Origin: Raillietiella orientalis
Lineage: Eukaryota
Direction: 5' to 3'
Assembly: GCA_036172245.1 (NCBI GenBank)
Contig: JAYWIR010000002.1
Location: 1,178,001-1,242,000, forward strand
Length of the DNA: 64,000 bases
In this document: piece by piece, positions 62,400 to 64,000 of the stretch
Layout: every line of letters begins with the position of its first letter
Position numbering within the stretch: the first letter of the stretch is position 1
Made by a program: the position numbers and the translations under genes
The notes under the pieces: model-generated
What the model was told of the DNA's origin: nothing
Databases searched by the model: none
The model's input: the letters and a program-made list of their open reading frames with translations, nothing else

Positions 62400-64000
62400 T
62401 GGCTGAAGATGCGGTTCAGTGAAGGCCTTTCACCTTTCACCTTCTGCACCCATGATCGGCTTCATCACCAATTCTCTCATAGGTTTCCCCATTCTGCAAA
62501 AGTTAAATTACAGGTCTTTCTCATTATCATGCAAACTGAAGCCGTGCTTTGTAACATTCGAGCTGATTATTTTAAATGACAGCAGCATGGATGACTACAG
62601 TGCTGCTCTGTAGATTGAACCATCTGATGTGGTCAGTATGAAAAATTAACAGTGTTGCAGATCACACCTACTGATCCGCACATGTTTTGTGAGAAAATTC
62701 CGTGTCCCCCTCTTCTTATTTTCCTTTTCTTGCTTCTCCCTCGTATTTATTTGAACATTCCGTAACAAGCGAGCATTTTCCAGATCATTTGAATGAAATC
62801 TTTGTTCAAGGGTATCTCTTGGATGCATCGTCTGCAGCTCTGTGAGAATTGTTGTATGAGTTTCCAGACTTCTGATTGACCGACGATTCGTTCAAAATCG
62901 TCTGAAAACATGACAGAATGGCTTCCTACGTGGAACGTTAAGAATGACTTGAAGTCATTCTTAACTTAAAGTCACTCTGTCAGCTGGTCATCAGGCTGAA
63001 GCACTTCTGACAGCAGCTGCACACGCGCCTTGGCTTTTCGCCTTTAGCTGCGTGAAACACCGTATGATTGTCAGAGTGAAAGCGTACAAGGAAGAATTCC
63101 ATGATTTGACAGATTGAAACTCGGGTGAAGCTCCTTGCATATTCCATGTGTAACTTCAAGATACCACGAAAATGATTTTATTTTACACTATCGGTACTTT
63201 CTTCAGGCGTCAGAAGTGTTTACGAGGAATATGGGGCTTGCACATCCATAACGGAAAGACTACTCAAGTTTCCATTGAAATAATGGTCTACATGAAAGTT
63301 TTGCAGTCGTCTTCCTCGTCGTCTTTGCTCTCTAAACCCATCCCTTTCCGAATTTCTGTGCCTCCACTAACTGTTCATCTTGTGGTAGAGGTGATACCAC
63401 AAGATGAAGCAATGCAGCATGTTTGCTAGTTGGTGGTGCCATCCTTATTCTTCAGCTGTGCCCACAATCACCTTTGCTATGATCGAAAACCATTCTTATA
63501 TCTGAAACCATCGTGATGTTCCTCTTGGCGGCGGCATTCGTATACGTGAATTCTCTCGCTTCCAGCTCATTACCTTGTAAATTGCCAATACATCGACCAC
63601 CCAGACGACATTTTAAGTGCTGTTCCTCTCATGATCTCTACTTTCCTCTTTGCTGTATTGAAAATTCACTGTGACAAACATCATTGCGTCCTCCAGTCCT
63701 CTGCTTTTTCTGACATGCAGTGAGAATGCATTCATTCTGTTAATCATTTCAACTTCCATCACGCCAAAGAGAGCTCTCATCTCTGTATCGTCCCTTGCGG
63801 GAGAGTTGTTAGCACTGTTGTGTTTAATGAAGGAAGCAATCTCATCCTGCTTCTACTCGAAATCGAATACGTGGAATATTTTTCCTAATTTCTGTTCGTG
63901 CCAGCGTCAGAGGTATATCAGCATTGTGTCGCAGTCCATACTCAAGAACTCAGTGCAAGTGTCTAAAGATAAAGACCGAGTGAGCTGTAGGAAGTCAGAT
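62400..64000 (-). mobile_element. RTE/CR1-like LINE RT remnant
   Basis: EIASFIKHNSANNSPARDD (RT0), VTHGI (RT4) and VMFSDDF (RT5, ~62900) in the correct order. Confidence 0.4.

Overview
Eukaryotic nuclear DNA, most likely from an arthropod. This is inferred from the arthropod-type U2 5' end, GT-AG introns of only 42-62 nt and the protein similarities; all family calls are from recognition by eye, with no database search. Three apparently intact host genes are present: a 7-exon RSL1D1-like gene (+, 12833-17672), an intronless SLC35G/EamA transporter (+, 28824-29843) and a 3-exon secreted single-FAS1-domain gene (-, 48072-50271) that the ORF track misses. They sit among heavily decayed transposon fragments: Tigger/pogo, hAT, Penelope, CR1/RTE-like, Gypsy, BEL/Pao, several Utopia/NeSL-like REL retrotransposons and a dense cluster of Tx1/L1-like copies at 35-48 kb. 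The most unusual items are as follows. (1) Two copies of a composite element carry a tRNA-derived Pol III head followed by a ~40-45 bp-period array of GC hairpins with cUUCGg loops, lying antisense to a LINE-like 3' end; one copy splits a BEL pol ORF. (2) A perfect U2 snRNA nt 1-34 fragment lies upstream of an internally deleted Utopia-like element. (3) A Tx1-like family has His instead of the second Asp of the RT catalytic YADD motif in all three readable copies. (4) A decayed bacterial-type pyrimidine-nucleoside phosphorylase fragment occupies the window start. (5) Retrocopy-like remnants of TDRKH/papi and PHKA lie back to back.
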